From a bacterium (GTDB taxonomy: Bacteria > UBA10199 > 2-02-FULL-44-16 > JAAZCA01), in the NCBI GenBank assembly GCA_963674695.2, contig CAXXGI010000001.1, positions 192,001 to 256,000 on the forward strand: a DNA stretch of 64,000 nucleotides, given 5' to 3'. Below are positions 17,859-26,940 of the stretch, piece by piece. The first letter of the stretch is position 1. The number at the start of each line of letters is the position of its first letter. A program made the translations under genes and the position numbers. Under the pieces are notes generated by a model, which was not told the origin of the DNA, ran no database searches, and saw only the letters and a program-made list of their open reading frames with translations.

Positions 17859-17886
17859 GCAACATGGAACACCCATCTGCCGATAA
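17859..17886 (+). promoter_or_regulatory. Sigma28-like promoter motif
   Basis: GCAAC-N15-GCCGATAA. Confidence 0.65.
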
Positions 17887-17923
17887 CACTAGAGAGAACA
17901 CGGAACACAACTGGAGGCCGGAT

Positions 17924-19108
17924 ATGAAGAAAATCAGCGCACTCATCATTATGATCATCGCCATCGCCCTCGTTGGATGCAGTGGATCGAGCAATCCGGA
18001 CGTTATCGTCGATCCCACCTTCGATACCGATGCGGATGAAATCGTCGACATCGAAGACAACTGCCCCGATATCGCCAATGCCGATCAGGAGGATACAGAC
18101 AACGACGGCGTCGGCGATGCGTGTGATGAATGCCCCGGCATCAATGAAATATATATCTCTGATAACACCGGTGAAATCATCACATACGCTGAATGTTTCA
18201 TTTATGCTGACGATGCTCCGATCCACGCCTTCATCTGTTCCCCAAGGGATGGTGTGAAGGATGGATGTTCCGGCGATCCAGACCAATGCACGATCGGCCA
18301 GTGGGAGGGAGACCTCTGTCAGTGCGTAAACAATGGTCGCGGACACGGCTCCTGGCTCTGCGCTGACCCCATTCCCCCTGATGCCGACGGCGACAGCATT
18401 ACCGACAGCATGGACAACTGCCCCGCGTTTGCCAACCCGGATCAGGAAGACACCGACTTAGACGGCGTGGGCGACGCCTGCGACGCCTGCCCCGTGGGGG
18501 TCATCGATGGCACCATCCCGGAACCGACGAGAGACGGATATCGAAATTTAAGTCGGGTTCAGGCCAAATTCGTCAGCGGTACGCTGGAGTTTACGACGAA
18601 CGTGGTAGCGTATGTAAGCCCCCGCGCGGTTGACTCCTCTCTGAACTCATATCTTGAACTCACATCGTCATTAAGACGCAACAATGATCGCTTCTCCTGG
18701 GGCGGACATAATTCAGAACTGTTCTTCGATGAACCAATAGAAGATGCATTCCGCAACCTTCTCCTTAATGCGGCCATGCCCCCAATGCACACAATGGCAA
18801 CGGCCAAGACAACACCGGTCTCCCCTCCCGCCCCCACAATGGCAAGACCCGTCCTCCTGCTCATCAATGATGTGGACATCGAACCGGATCTGATCTGTGG
18901 AAATGGTTGGTGTGATCCTCCCTATTTCCCGAGCATGACCGCCCCCAGCACCGACTCCGTCACGATCCTCACCGACGGCTGTGCGGAGCTCGAAAACCGC
19001 TGCGCACCCGGTTCGGCATCCTTTACCGACAGCTCACTGGGGCACTGCACCTGCCGCGTACGTGAAGGCGGCACTGACAGCAGCTGGTCCTGCTGGGTCC
19101 CGGATTGA
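17924..19108 (+). CDS. Lipoprotein with thrombospondin type-3 (Ca-binding) repeats and Cys-rich domains
   Basis: Lipobox LVGC. DNCPxxANxDQEDTDxDGVGDACD occurs twice. Confidence 0.85.
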   Translation: MKKISALIIMIIAIALVGCSGSSNPDVIVDPTFDTDADEIVDIEDNCPDIANADQEDTDNDGVGDACDECPGINEIYISDNTGEIITYAECFIYADDAPIHAFICSPRDGVKDGCSGDPDQCTIGQWEGDLCQCVNNGRGHGSWLCADPIPPDADGDSITDSMDNCPAFANPDQEDTDLDGVGDACDACPVGVIDGTIPEPTRDGYRNLSRVQAKFVSGTLEFTTNVVAYVSPRAVDSSLNSYLELTSSLRRNNDRFSWGGHNSELFFDEPIEDAFRNLLLNAAMPPMHTMATAKTTPVSPPAPTMARPVLLLINDVDIEPDLICGNGWCDPPYFPSMTAPSTDSVTILTDGCAELENRCAPGSASFTDSSLGHCTCRVREGGTDSSWSCWVPD

Positions 19109-19152
19109 GCCGCATGCTCAATATTGAACGCACACTAAAAGGAGACACGACT

Positions 19153-21489
19153 ATGAAAACGACCCGCACGAAGATAACGATTTTGGCAACGATCCTGGCC
19201 CTGGCGCTCGCAGCGTGTTCGAGCGGCGTGGGAAACGGCGGCAACGACCCTGATCCGCGGCCGCACCCCACTCCGAACGATGATACCGGACGGCTTCTGA
19301 CCGAGGCGATCGACCTCTCGGCCATGTCCGCGGCCGATGCCTTCTCGCGCTTCTATACGCTCGACGCGCTCGATGTGGAGCTGAAAGTCCCCGGGTTTGC
19401 GCTGCCGCTACGCACAACCGAGATCGCCAACTTCGATGACGTCGCCGCAAAGATCGATCTCGGCGTGGGGCAGGAGCTGCTCCTGCACAACGGCTTCGCC
19501 GTGCGTCCCAATCCCTTCGATGAAAAGGAGGAGGATATCGTCGCGATGTACAAGACGCTGCGCACGAAAGAGATCCCGCTCTTCGTGACGGTCGATTCGC
19601 TCCTGCACCTCTATCACATCCAGTTCGACGAGACGCTGCGCCAGATCGAGGAGCGCATCTTCTATGCCGACCTCTTCGAGATCAGCAAAGTGATGATGGA
19701 GAATCACCTCTCGATGATGGCTGGCACCACCGGAGACGAGGCGACCCAACACCGCATGGCCGCGACGTTTTTCGCCGTAGCCCTGAGCATGCTTGAACCG
19801 CAGGCGAATCAGGTCTGCCGGGGTGAACCCTGGGAGTGCGATGACGGCCTCTTCGAGGCGGAAGAGGAAGTGACCTTCGCGGTCGACATCCCCACATCGC
19901 TCGCCCAAGGGGTCGCCGCCGAACGCGAGCTGATCGACGCGCACCGCGGTTTCGTCCCCTCGCCATTGATGACGTACAAGGAGGACTATTCGCAGTACGT
20001 CCCGCGCGGACACTACACCCGTTCGGAGAAGCTCAAGAACTACTTCCGCGCGATGATGTGGATGGGGCGGATCACCTTCCGCCTCCATCCCGATTCCGAG
20101 ACGGCGACCGAGGGCGTCACCGAAGCGATCGCCCAGCAGCAGACGCGCACGGCGGTCGCGATCACCCGCGCGCTACAGGGAAACCTCGACCTCCTGCACA
20201 AATGGAAACGAATCGAGCGAATCACCGGTTTTTATGTGGGACACGCTGACGATCTGGACATCAACGACTATGATGCGGCGATCACATCGGCAACGAACAG
20301 CGGCACGCTCGACATCGAAGCACTGCGCGCGGATCTCGATGTGCGCAACGATTCGCGCATCGGCAGCGGACAGGGGGAGTGCACGGTGAATCCGGGCGGC
20401 GATGCAAACGCGCAGTATGAAGCATGCCTCAATCGTCTGGCGGGCCTGCGCCTCTTCGGCCAGAAGTTCGTGCCGGATTCCTATTACTTCCAGAATCTCG
20501 TCTCACACGACGCGCGCCCCGAGGCCGTCGACGCATTCACGTATGTGCCGACGCAAGTGGGACCGATCCGCGGCTTCCCGCGCGGTCTGGACGTGATGTC
20601 GCTGCTCGGTTCGGACGTCGCGCGCACGATCCTCAGTGAGACGAACGACGATGCCTACGACGGATACGATGAGGCGCATGGCGATCTCACCGACGAGATC
20701 GACGCCTACTCTGCCTTGGAATGGAACCAGAATCTCTACTGGAGCTGGCTCTTCGGCCTCAAACCCCTGCTCAAGGAGTTCGGCGCGGGCTATCCGACCG
20801 CGATGCAGACGGACGCCTGGGCGCGCAAGAGCATGACCGGGGCGCTCGCCTCCTGGGCCGCGCTGCGCCACGACACGATCCTCTATGCCAAACAGAGCTA
20901 TACGGGTGGCGCAACCAGTTGTGGCCCCGGTTGCGAAGGGGAAACCCCTCCCCCCGTGCGCGGCTATGTGGAGCCGGTGCCAGAAGCCTACAACCGCCTG
21001 CTGGCCATCGCCCGGATGACGCGCCTGGGACTCGAATCGATGGAGGTCCTCGACGAATTCGGCACCGCCAGGCTCGAAAAACTCGAGGAGATCCTCGCAC
21101 GACTCGTCTCGATCTCTGTGCGCGAATTGGAAAACGAGGAGCTCACCGAAGAGGACTACGACTTCATCAAGTCCTTCGGCACGAAGGTCGAGGGCGTCAT
21201 TGCTGGTGTCACCGAAAAGGCGAAGAAGACGACGATCGTCGCGGACGTCCACACCGACGGAAACACAGCGAAGGTCCTCGAAGAAGGCCTGGGCTATGTC
21301 GACATGATCACGGTCGCCTATCGCCTCCCCGACGGCCGCGTCCTCGTGGGCGCGGGCCCGGTGACGAGCTACTACGAGTTCAAGCACCCGATGAGCGACC
21401 GCCTCACCGACGAAGCCTGGCGCACAATGCTCGAACGCAACGCTCCCGATCGCCCCGAGTGGTTTTCCGATTTCGGTGTGACGCGGTAA
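19153..21489 (+). CDS. DUF3160-like lipoprotein
   Basis: Lipobox LAAC, EDYSQYVPRGHYT, LASWAALRHDTILYAKQSY, VADVHTD and RLTDEAWR. Confidence 0.85.
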   Translation: MKTTRTKITILATILALALAACSSGVGNGGNDPDPRPHPTPNDDTGRLLTEAIDLSAMSAADAFSRFYTLDALDVELKVPGFALPLRTTEIANFDDVAAKIDLGVGQELLLHNGFAVRPNPFDEKEEDIVAMYKTLRTKEIPLFVTVDSLLHLYHIQFDETLRQIEERIFYADLFEISKVMMENHLSMMAGTTGDEATQHRMAATFFAVALSMLEPQANQVCRGEPWECDDGLFEAEEEVTFAVDIPTSLAQGVAAERELIDAHRGFVPSPLMTYKEDYSQYVPRGHYTRSEKLKNYFRAMMWMGRITFRLHPDSETATEGVTEAIAQQQTRTAVAITRALQGNLDLLHKWKRIERITGFYVGHADDLDINDYDAAITSATNSGTLDIEALRADLDVRNDSRIGSGQGECTVNPGGDANAQYEACLNRLAGLRLFGQKFVPDSYYFQNLVSHDARPEAVDAFTYVPTQVGPIRGFPRGLDVMSLLGSDVARTILSETNDDAYDGYDEAHGDLTDEIDAYSALEWNQNLYWSWLFGLKPLLKEFGAGYPTAMQTDAWARKSMTGALASWAALRHDTILYAKQSYTGGATSCGPGCEGETPPPVRGYVEPVPEAYNRLLAIARMTRLGLESMEVLDEFGTARLEKLEEILARLVSISVRELENEELTEEDYDFIKSFGTKVEGVIAGVTEKAKKTTIVADVHTDGNTAKVLEEGLGYVDMITVAYRLPDGRVLVGAGPVTSYYEFKHPMSDRLTDEAWRTMLERNAPDRPEWFSDFGVTR

Positions 21490-21539
21490 AGCCGTGACAC
21501 GTAACACGTGAACCGTGACCATAAAAACACGACTGATCA

Positions 21540-21766
21540 CTTCATTATGACAACACACGGGATCCTTCGCTTCGCCCCGAACCACATGGTTCGGGGCGAA
21601 ACTTGAGGATGACAGGAGTGGAGAGATGGCTTGAGTCGGTGCTTTCGGGGAGGGGGGTAAGTGCCTGGCGACGCTTTGGCCGGAGTCGTATGACGATCGA
21701 AAAAACCGATGCCGCGCATGGCAGGGCTCTCAATCGAGATCCCCGATTCAAGCACTCGGGGATGAC
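21540..21766. repeat. Cluster of degenerate REP-like palindromes
   Basis: ggatccttcgcttcgc...ggatgaca and gagatccccgattcaagcactcggggatgaca. Confidence 0.65.
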
Positions 21767-22203
21767 AAAGATGGAGGAAAGACGGGGATAGTCTGCAAAC
21801 GATAGGTCTACGGCATCATCTGCTGCCAGGTGGTGAGGGATTTGAGTTCGACCTTGGTGGGGTCGATCGATGACACCGCACCTCAGCCATACTACCCAAC
21901 AGCAAAATCCCGGACGGGTTGGCTTTCAGTCCAACCCACGCATTCATTTCAAACGTCAATTTATCCATCGACGCGTCACTTTCAACCCATCAACCACCTT
22001 TTCATACAACAATTTGAAATAATTAACATTTTCCCATAAACCACACAAAAGACACTGCAATGCAGCGTTTATATCGTATTTTTCCACCCCCCTTCCTTGA
22101 ATATTCGGAGACCAAAATCAACTATTTCACAATTATATTAAGGACTTATAAAAGCTGATCTTCAGGCACAGCCCTTGCATAACAATAGAGTAGAGGTATT
22201 TTT

Positions 22204-25200
22204 ATGCGTTACCAGTCGACCCATCGTTGGATTGGGAAGGTTGACGTCTGCGCCCTCCTTCTGCTCGCATTGGCGAGCCTGCTCGTCGGTCTCTCTCCCG
22301 CATGGGCCGCCGATGTCACGATCGACGCCGACACGACTATAAGCGACGGCAGTTGCGACAACTCGGGCGACGACGTGACGATCGATGGCGGCGTCACGGT
22401 GACGTTGAGCTGCCCTGCACCAAACGGCTGGCAGGTTGGATCCCTCACGATCAACGGAACCGTCACGCACGCCGCAGAGGACGCCGACGGCGCCTTCATA
22501 AACGCAACAGGAACGGTGATCGTAAACGATGACGGTATCGACGTCACCGGCAAGGGGTGTCGGGGCGGGCAGGATCGCGTACACGGATGGACGTTCAGCG
22601 GCGGTTCCTGTGGAGCGGATGCCGACTGTGACGCCGGCCGCTGTTTGGCCGGTCAATCCTGCGGCGCGACGGACAAGTACCTCAAGCCCGCCGGCGGCGG
22701 CGGACACGGCGGCTGGGGCGGCGATTCCATCGGAACCTACAATTACGGAGAGGCAGACAACGGTCATGGCGGCATTGCGTTCGGCGATTCGCTCGAACCG
22801 GAATCGCTGGGCGCCGGCGGCGGCGGATGCAGCACGACCATTCTCGGCGGAAACGGCGGCGGTATGGTCCGCATCGCGGCGGCCACCGTCACCTTGAGCG
22901 ATCACGCCATCGCGGCCGACGGCGATGACGGCAACATCTCCGACCATGTCGGCAATGCCGGCTCAGGTGCGGGCGCCGGCGGCAGCGTCTGGATTGATGT
23001 CGGCACCCTCTCGGGCAGCGGATACATCACCGCTAACGGCGGTATCGGTGGGGACGGATACGACAGCGGTCCGAGCCGATGGAACCGCGGCGGTGGCGGC
23101 GGTGGCGGCGGACGAATCGCCATCCATTACGACAACAAGTCAGCCTTCAGCGGTTTCGACAACACCGAGGCGGCGGGTGGGCGAGCGGCCATCGGCCTAT
23201 GCGTCAACGGCGCCACCTGGACATGCGACACCGACACCTACAGCTATGCCGGCGCCGAAGAGGGACAGGCGGGAACCGTCGTCTATCTCAAGAACGACAA
23301 CTCGCTCGCAGAGGTGAAGAATGGATTCGACATCTCATCTCCGCCCTTTGCCGTCACGACGCTCAACATCCACGGCAACGCCCGCATCGTTGCAACCGCC
23401 GCAACGCCCGACGGCCAAAAGACGCTCGACGTAGACACCCTCACCCTCATAGGCAATACGGACAAGATCGTGGTCAGCTGCAACGACGCCGGCTACGATA
23501 TGGTCATCGATGTGGAAAACGGCATCGACCTCAACGATTTTCAGCTGGAGAACGAGTACCACCTGTATCGATATTATTACTATTCAGGCACTCTCTACAA
23601 TCATCTCCATTACTTCGACGACTACTACTGCAACGACATCGACGTTACGACGACCGTCTCCGACACAGTTCTCGACGGCTTCAGCGTTCGTGCCTACGGA
23701 AATATCACGTTCGATATTGGAGAGACCCTCATCTTCAGGGGAAGCACCATCAGAACTTACGGCAATGCGAAATCCATCGACATCGAAAACGCCGCCTCCA
23801 TCACGCTCACGGGCGACGAGGGAGACCCAACGACCGACCCGTCCACCATCCTTGGAGGTGCTGACTGGACGGCCGACAACCTCACGATCGACTCCGGCAG
23901 TTCCATCAATGCCACCGGAAAGGGGTACGCGGGCGGCGTGAACCCGGGCGGCGGTGCCGACGGATACGGCGCCGACATCGACGACGACTCTGTCTCAGAC
24001 GCAGGATCCGCGGCCGGCGGCGGGCAGCAGGGATATGCGCTCACACGAATGGGCGGCGGCGGAGCCGGATGCGGGGCCGGCGGAAACGGGTACAACAGAA
24101 GCGACCCCTACGGAACCGGCGGAACGGATATGAACACCGTCCTGGAACTGGTCGCACTGGACCATGAATCGCCCACCTATCCGGGCGGCGGCGGCGGTTC
24201 GGGCGGCGGCGGTTCGGGCGGAAACGCCGGAAACGGCGGCGGCGTGGTCACGCTGGAAATCACCGGCACCTTTGAACTCGACGGACAGGTCATCGCAGAC
24301 GGGGCGGACGGCAGCAGCTCCGGAAACGGCGGCGGCGGTGGAGGCGGCGGCGGAAGCGTCTGGATCACCGCAGGCGAATTCAACGGCAGCGGTTCGGTCC
24401 AGGCAAACGGCGGCGACGGCGCAGCCGGAACCGACAACCATGGCGGCGCGGGAGGCGGTGCTGGCTTCATGCGCGTTCACTACGGCAGCGGCGCATTCGA
24501 CGTGGACAACGACGTCACGAACGACCCCGGCGCTTGCGGCGGCAACGATGACTGCAACTCCGCAGCGGATGCGTGCAGCGCTCCCGCCGACGTTCGCATC
24601 GATGAGGACCCGACGCTTCTCAACCAAGCACCGGTTGCAAGCGCAGGTGACGACGAAACGGTCGACCCCGCCGCGCTCTCGCTCGACGGAACGGGAAGTT
24701 CGGATGCGGACGTGGGCGACGTACTCACCTACGCCTGGACCTGCACCGCATGCCCGCAGGTGGACGACTGCGCCACGGCGATCGATCTCACGGATGCCGA
24801 CACATCCACGCCCGATTTCGACGGCTATCGCGCGGGCGTCTACACCTTCTCACTCGTCGTGAACGATGGATTGGAGGACAGCACGGCGGATACGGTTACG
24901 ATCACGGTGAACGACTCGGCTCCTGTCGTTGCAACGCCATCGGCAGCGATAGCAGATGACAGCGCCACCATGTCGGTCGATACCGATCCAGCAAACACCT
25001 ATGATCCAAATGATCCCGACGGCGACCTCGGCGCGATGACATATGCCTGGCAGTTCCTGAGCGGTCCCGGAGGTCCCTTCGATGAAGACGGACAGCGTCA
25101 GGGCAGCGACGCCGATACGGAAAACGTCGATCTCGACGGCACGGATACGTCCTCGGCAACCTTCCCTCTGCCGCACTGGTATGCTGCGGGCGATGTCTTC

Positions 25201-26712
25201 CATTTCCGTCTGACGGTCACCGACACCACCGGACAGACGACGACCAAAGACGTCGACGTCTCGATGACAAATTTCGATCCGATCATCGACGTCCTCACCA
25301 GCACACGTCAAAGCGAACTCGCACATCAATTGAGCTATGAGATCATCGACTACAACCGCGACGACGTCACCAATTCCTGGAGCGTAACCAGCGCCCCATC
25401 CGGCGCACAGTACACCATCACGAACGGACAATTCTCCGGCGATCGCGTCGGCAACTATATCATTCGACTCTCGTCGGACGACGGAGAAGGAGGGACGATA
25501 ACAAGGGATGTCACCGTTACCGTCGAAAACGTGGCCCCTGAAATCAGCGCAACGCTCGATACGGGAGAAAGTCGGATCACCCTTGCCTATACCGACGCCA
25601 ACCGCGACGCCGTCACGCTCGCGGCATCGCCCGTCGATCGTTCCGACGGCGAGGTGTTGAGCCTCACCGAGCTCAGCGATACCCAGTGGGAAATCGACGA
25701 CAGCCGGAGATATCGCCGCGGGTATTACGATGTCAATTTCGTGGGAACGGATGAAAACGGCGGAGCCGATACCATCACCGAACAATTCCTAATGCCGAAC
25801 AACGCGCCGGAGCTAACCGACATCGCGGCGACAGCAGGAGGGGAAACCCTCGATATCAGCGAGGAGGACGGTGCAACGCTCATCGCCAGCCCCGTCTACG
25901 GCAACATCGTCACCATCATGGTGGACGGCGACGACTACGACGCCGATGCACTCTCATTCGGTTGGAGCGCTTTGACCGACAGCATAACGTCACAGCTTTC
26001 CGCCATCGAGTTTTCCAAGGCAAAGTCGACTGAGGCAGACGACGTCGTCGCCGGATTCACATCGGTCCAGACCGATCCGGACGATCCGAGCAGATCGATC
26101 GTGGAATTCTTCTCAAAAGTCGCCGGAACGGTCGATATCCGCATGGACATGACGGACAATTTTGAAACGATCGTCGTCGCGGGCATTGCCGCAGATATCG
26201 CACCCGACACGACCACGCAGACGATCAAAGTTTCACAACCGATACCGAATGAGGAGGACATCGAGGACGATGTGCAGTTCGAAGTCACCTCGGTCGACGA
26301 AGGTACGGTTAAAGGAACGGTCACAACGCCAGTCGTCCCGTGCGTAGTGGTCAACGATGTGGACGCCGACATCAGCCACCAGAGTTCCAGCGTCTACACG
26401 AGCACGAACGGACTCAATTATGACCGCTACGGTTTTCAGGCCAACAACGTGCAGTATAATTCAGCGGGAGCACTCGACGTCGTCATCTGCACGTATGTCA
26501 ACGGCGAGAAGGTAACGCTCGTCGGCACACCGGGGGCGGAGGGCGATGGCCGCACCTACTACACCAACGAGTTCGCCGGCCAAATGATGTGCGCCTTCGT
26601 TCCCAATCGAGCGACAGCGCCCGCACCGCAAGCCATTGCACTGCTGGCACTCATGATCGCCGCAACCATCATCCCGATAGCGCGACTGCGCCGTTCCAAA
26701 CGAACTCGCTAG
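22204..26712 (+). CDS. Large Gly-rich cell-surface protein with PKD/Ig-like domains and a C-terminal anchor
   Basis: Signal peptide, repeated GGGG-GG-(I/V)xI beta-helix-like motifs, NQAPVASAG/LDGTGSSD PKD-like domain, and a C-terminal Cys + TM + RLRRSKR. Confidence 0.8.
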   Translation: MRYQSTHRWIGKVDVCALLLLALASLLVGLSPAWAADVTIDADTTISDGSCDNSGDDVTIDGGVTVTLSCPAPNGWQVGSLTINGTVTHAAEDADGAFINATGTVIVNDDGIDVTGKGCRGGQDRVHGWTFSGGSCGADADCDAGRCLAGQSCGATDKYLKPAGGGGHGGWGGDSIGTYNYGEADNGHGGIAFGDSLEPESLGAGGGGCSTTILGGNGGGMVRIAAATVTLSDHAIAADGDDGNISDHVGNAGSGAGAGGSVWIDVGTLSGSGYITANGGIGGDGYDSGPSRWNRGGGGGGGGRIAIHYDNKSAFSGFDNTEAAGGRAAIGLCVNGATWTCDTDTYSYAGAEEGQAGTVVYLKNDNSLAEVKNGFDISSPPFAVTTLNIHGNARIVATAATPDGQKTLDVDTLTLIGNTDKIVVSCNDAGYDMVIDVENGIDLNDFQLENEYHLYRYYYYSGTLYNHLHYFDDYYCNDIDVTTTVSDTVLDGFSVRAYGNITFDIGETLIFRGSTIRTYGNAKSIDIENAASITLTGDEGDPTTDPSTILGGADWTADNLTIDSGSSINATGKGYAGGVNPGGGADGYGADIDDDSVSDAGSAAGGGQQGYALTRMGGGGAGCGAGGNGYNRSDPYGTGGTDMNTVLELVALDHESPTYPGGGGGSGGGGSGGNAGNGGGVVTLEITGTFELDGQVIADGADGSSSGNGGGGGGGGGSVWITAGEFNGSGSVQANGGDGAAGTDNHGGAGGGAGFMRVHYGSGAFDVDNDVTNDPGACGGNDDCNSAADACSAPADVRIDEDPTLLNQAPVASAGDDETVDPAALSLDGTGSSDADVGDVLTYAWTCTACPQVDDCATAIDLTDADTSTPDFDGYRAGVYTFSLVVNDGLEDSTADTVTITVNDSAPVVATPSAAIADDSATMSVDTDPANTYDPNDPDGDLGAMTYAWQFLSGPGGPFDEDGQRQGSDADTENVDLDGTDTSSATFPLPHWYAAGDVFHFRLTVTDTTGQTTTKDVDVSMTNFDPIIDVLTSTRQSELAHQLSYEIIDYNRDDVTNSWSVTSAPSGAQYTITNGQFSGDRVGNYIIRLSSDDGEGGTITRDVTVTVENVAPEISATLDTGESRITLAYTDANRDAVTLAASPVDRSDGEVLSLTELSDTQWEIDDSRRYRRGYYDVNFVGTDENGGADTITEQFLMPNNAPELTDIAATAGGETLDISEEDGATLIASPVYGNIVTIMVDGDDYDADALSFGWSALTDSITSQLSAIEFSKAKSTEADDVVAGFTSVQTDPDDPSRSIVEFFSKVAGTVDIRMDMTDNFETIVVAGIAADIAPDTTTQTIKVSQPIPNEEDIEDDVQFEVTSVDEGTVKGTVTTPVVPCVVVNDVDADISHQSSSVYTSTNGLNYDRYGFQANNVQYNSAGALDVVICTYVNGEKVTLVGTPGAEGDGRTYYTNEFAGQMMCAFVPNRATAPAPQAIALLALMIAATIIPIARLRRSKRTR

Positions 26713-26716
26713 GCAA

Positions 26717-26939
26717 ACCAAACCTCACATCGGGGACGGTTCGAGTTGCCTATTTATCCATTTATTTCAGGGAGATGCACGTCTCACTGCAACAGCGGGG
26801 ACGGATCTATTATTGGCATATTGATCCTTATTCAAACTGCCAATAATAGATCCGTCCCCGCTGTAGGGGGTTCGTCGGGAACCTTTTGAAATGATTGAAT
26901 AATAGTGAAACTAGAACCGTCCCCGCTGTGAGGTTTGGT
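26717..26939. repeat. Nested 223-bp inverted repeat with four GGGGACGG-containing arms
   Basis: Outer arms 26717-26742/26914-26939 (1 mismatch). Inner arms 26792-26818/26838-26864 (27 bp, perfect). Confidence 0.9.
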
Positions 26940-26940
26940 G

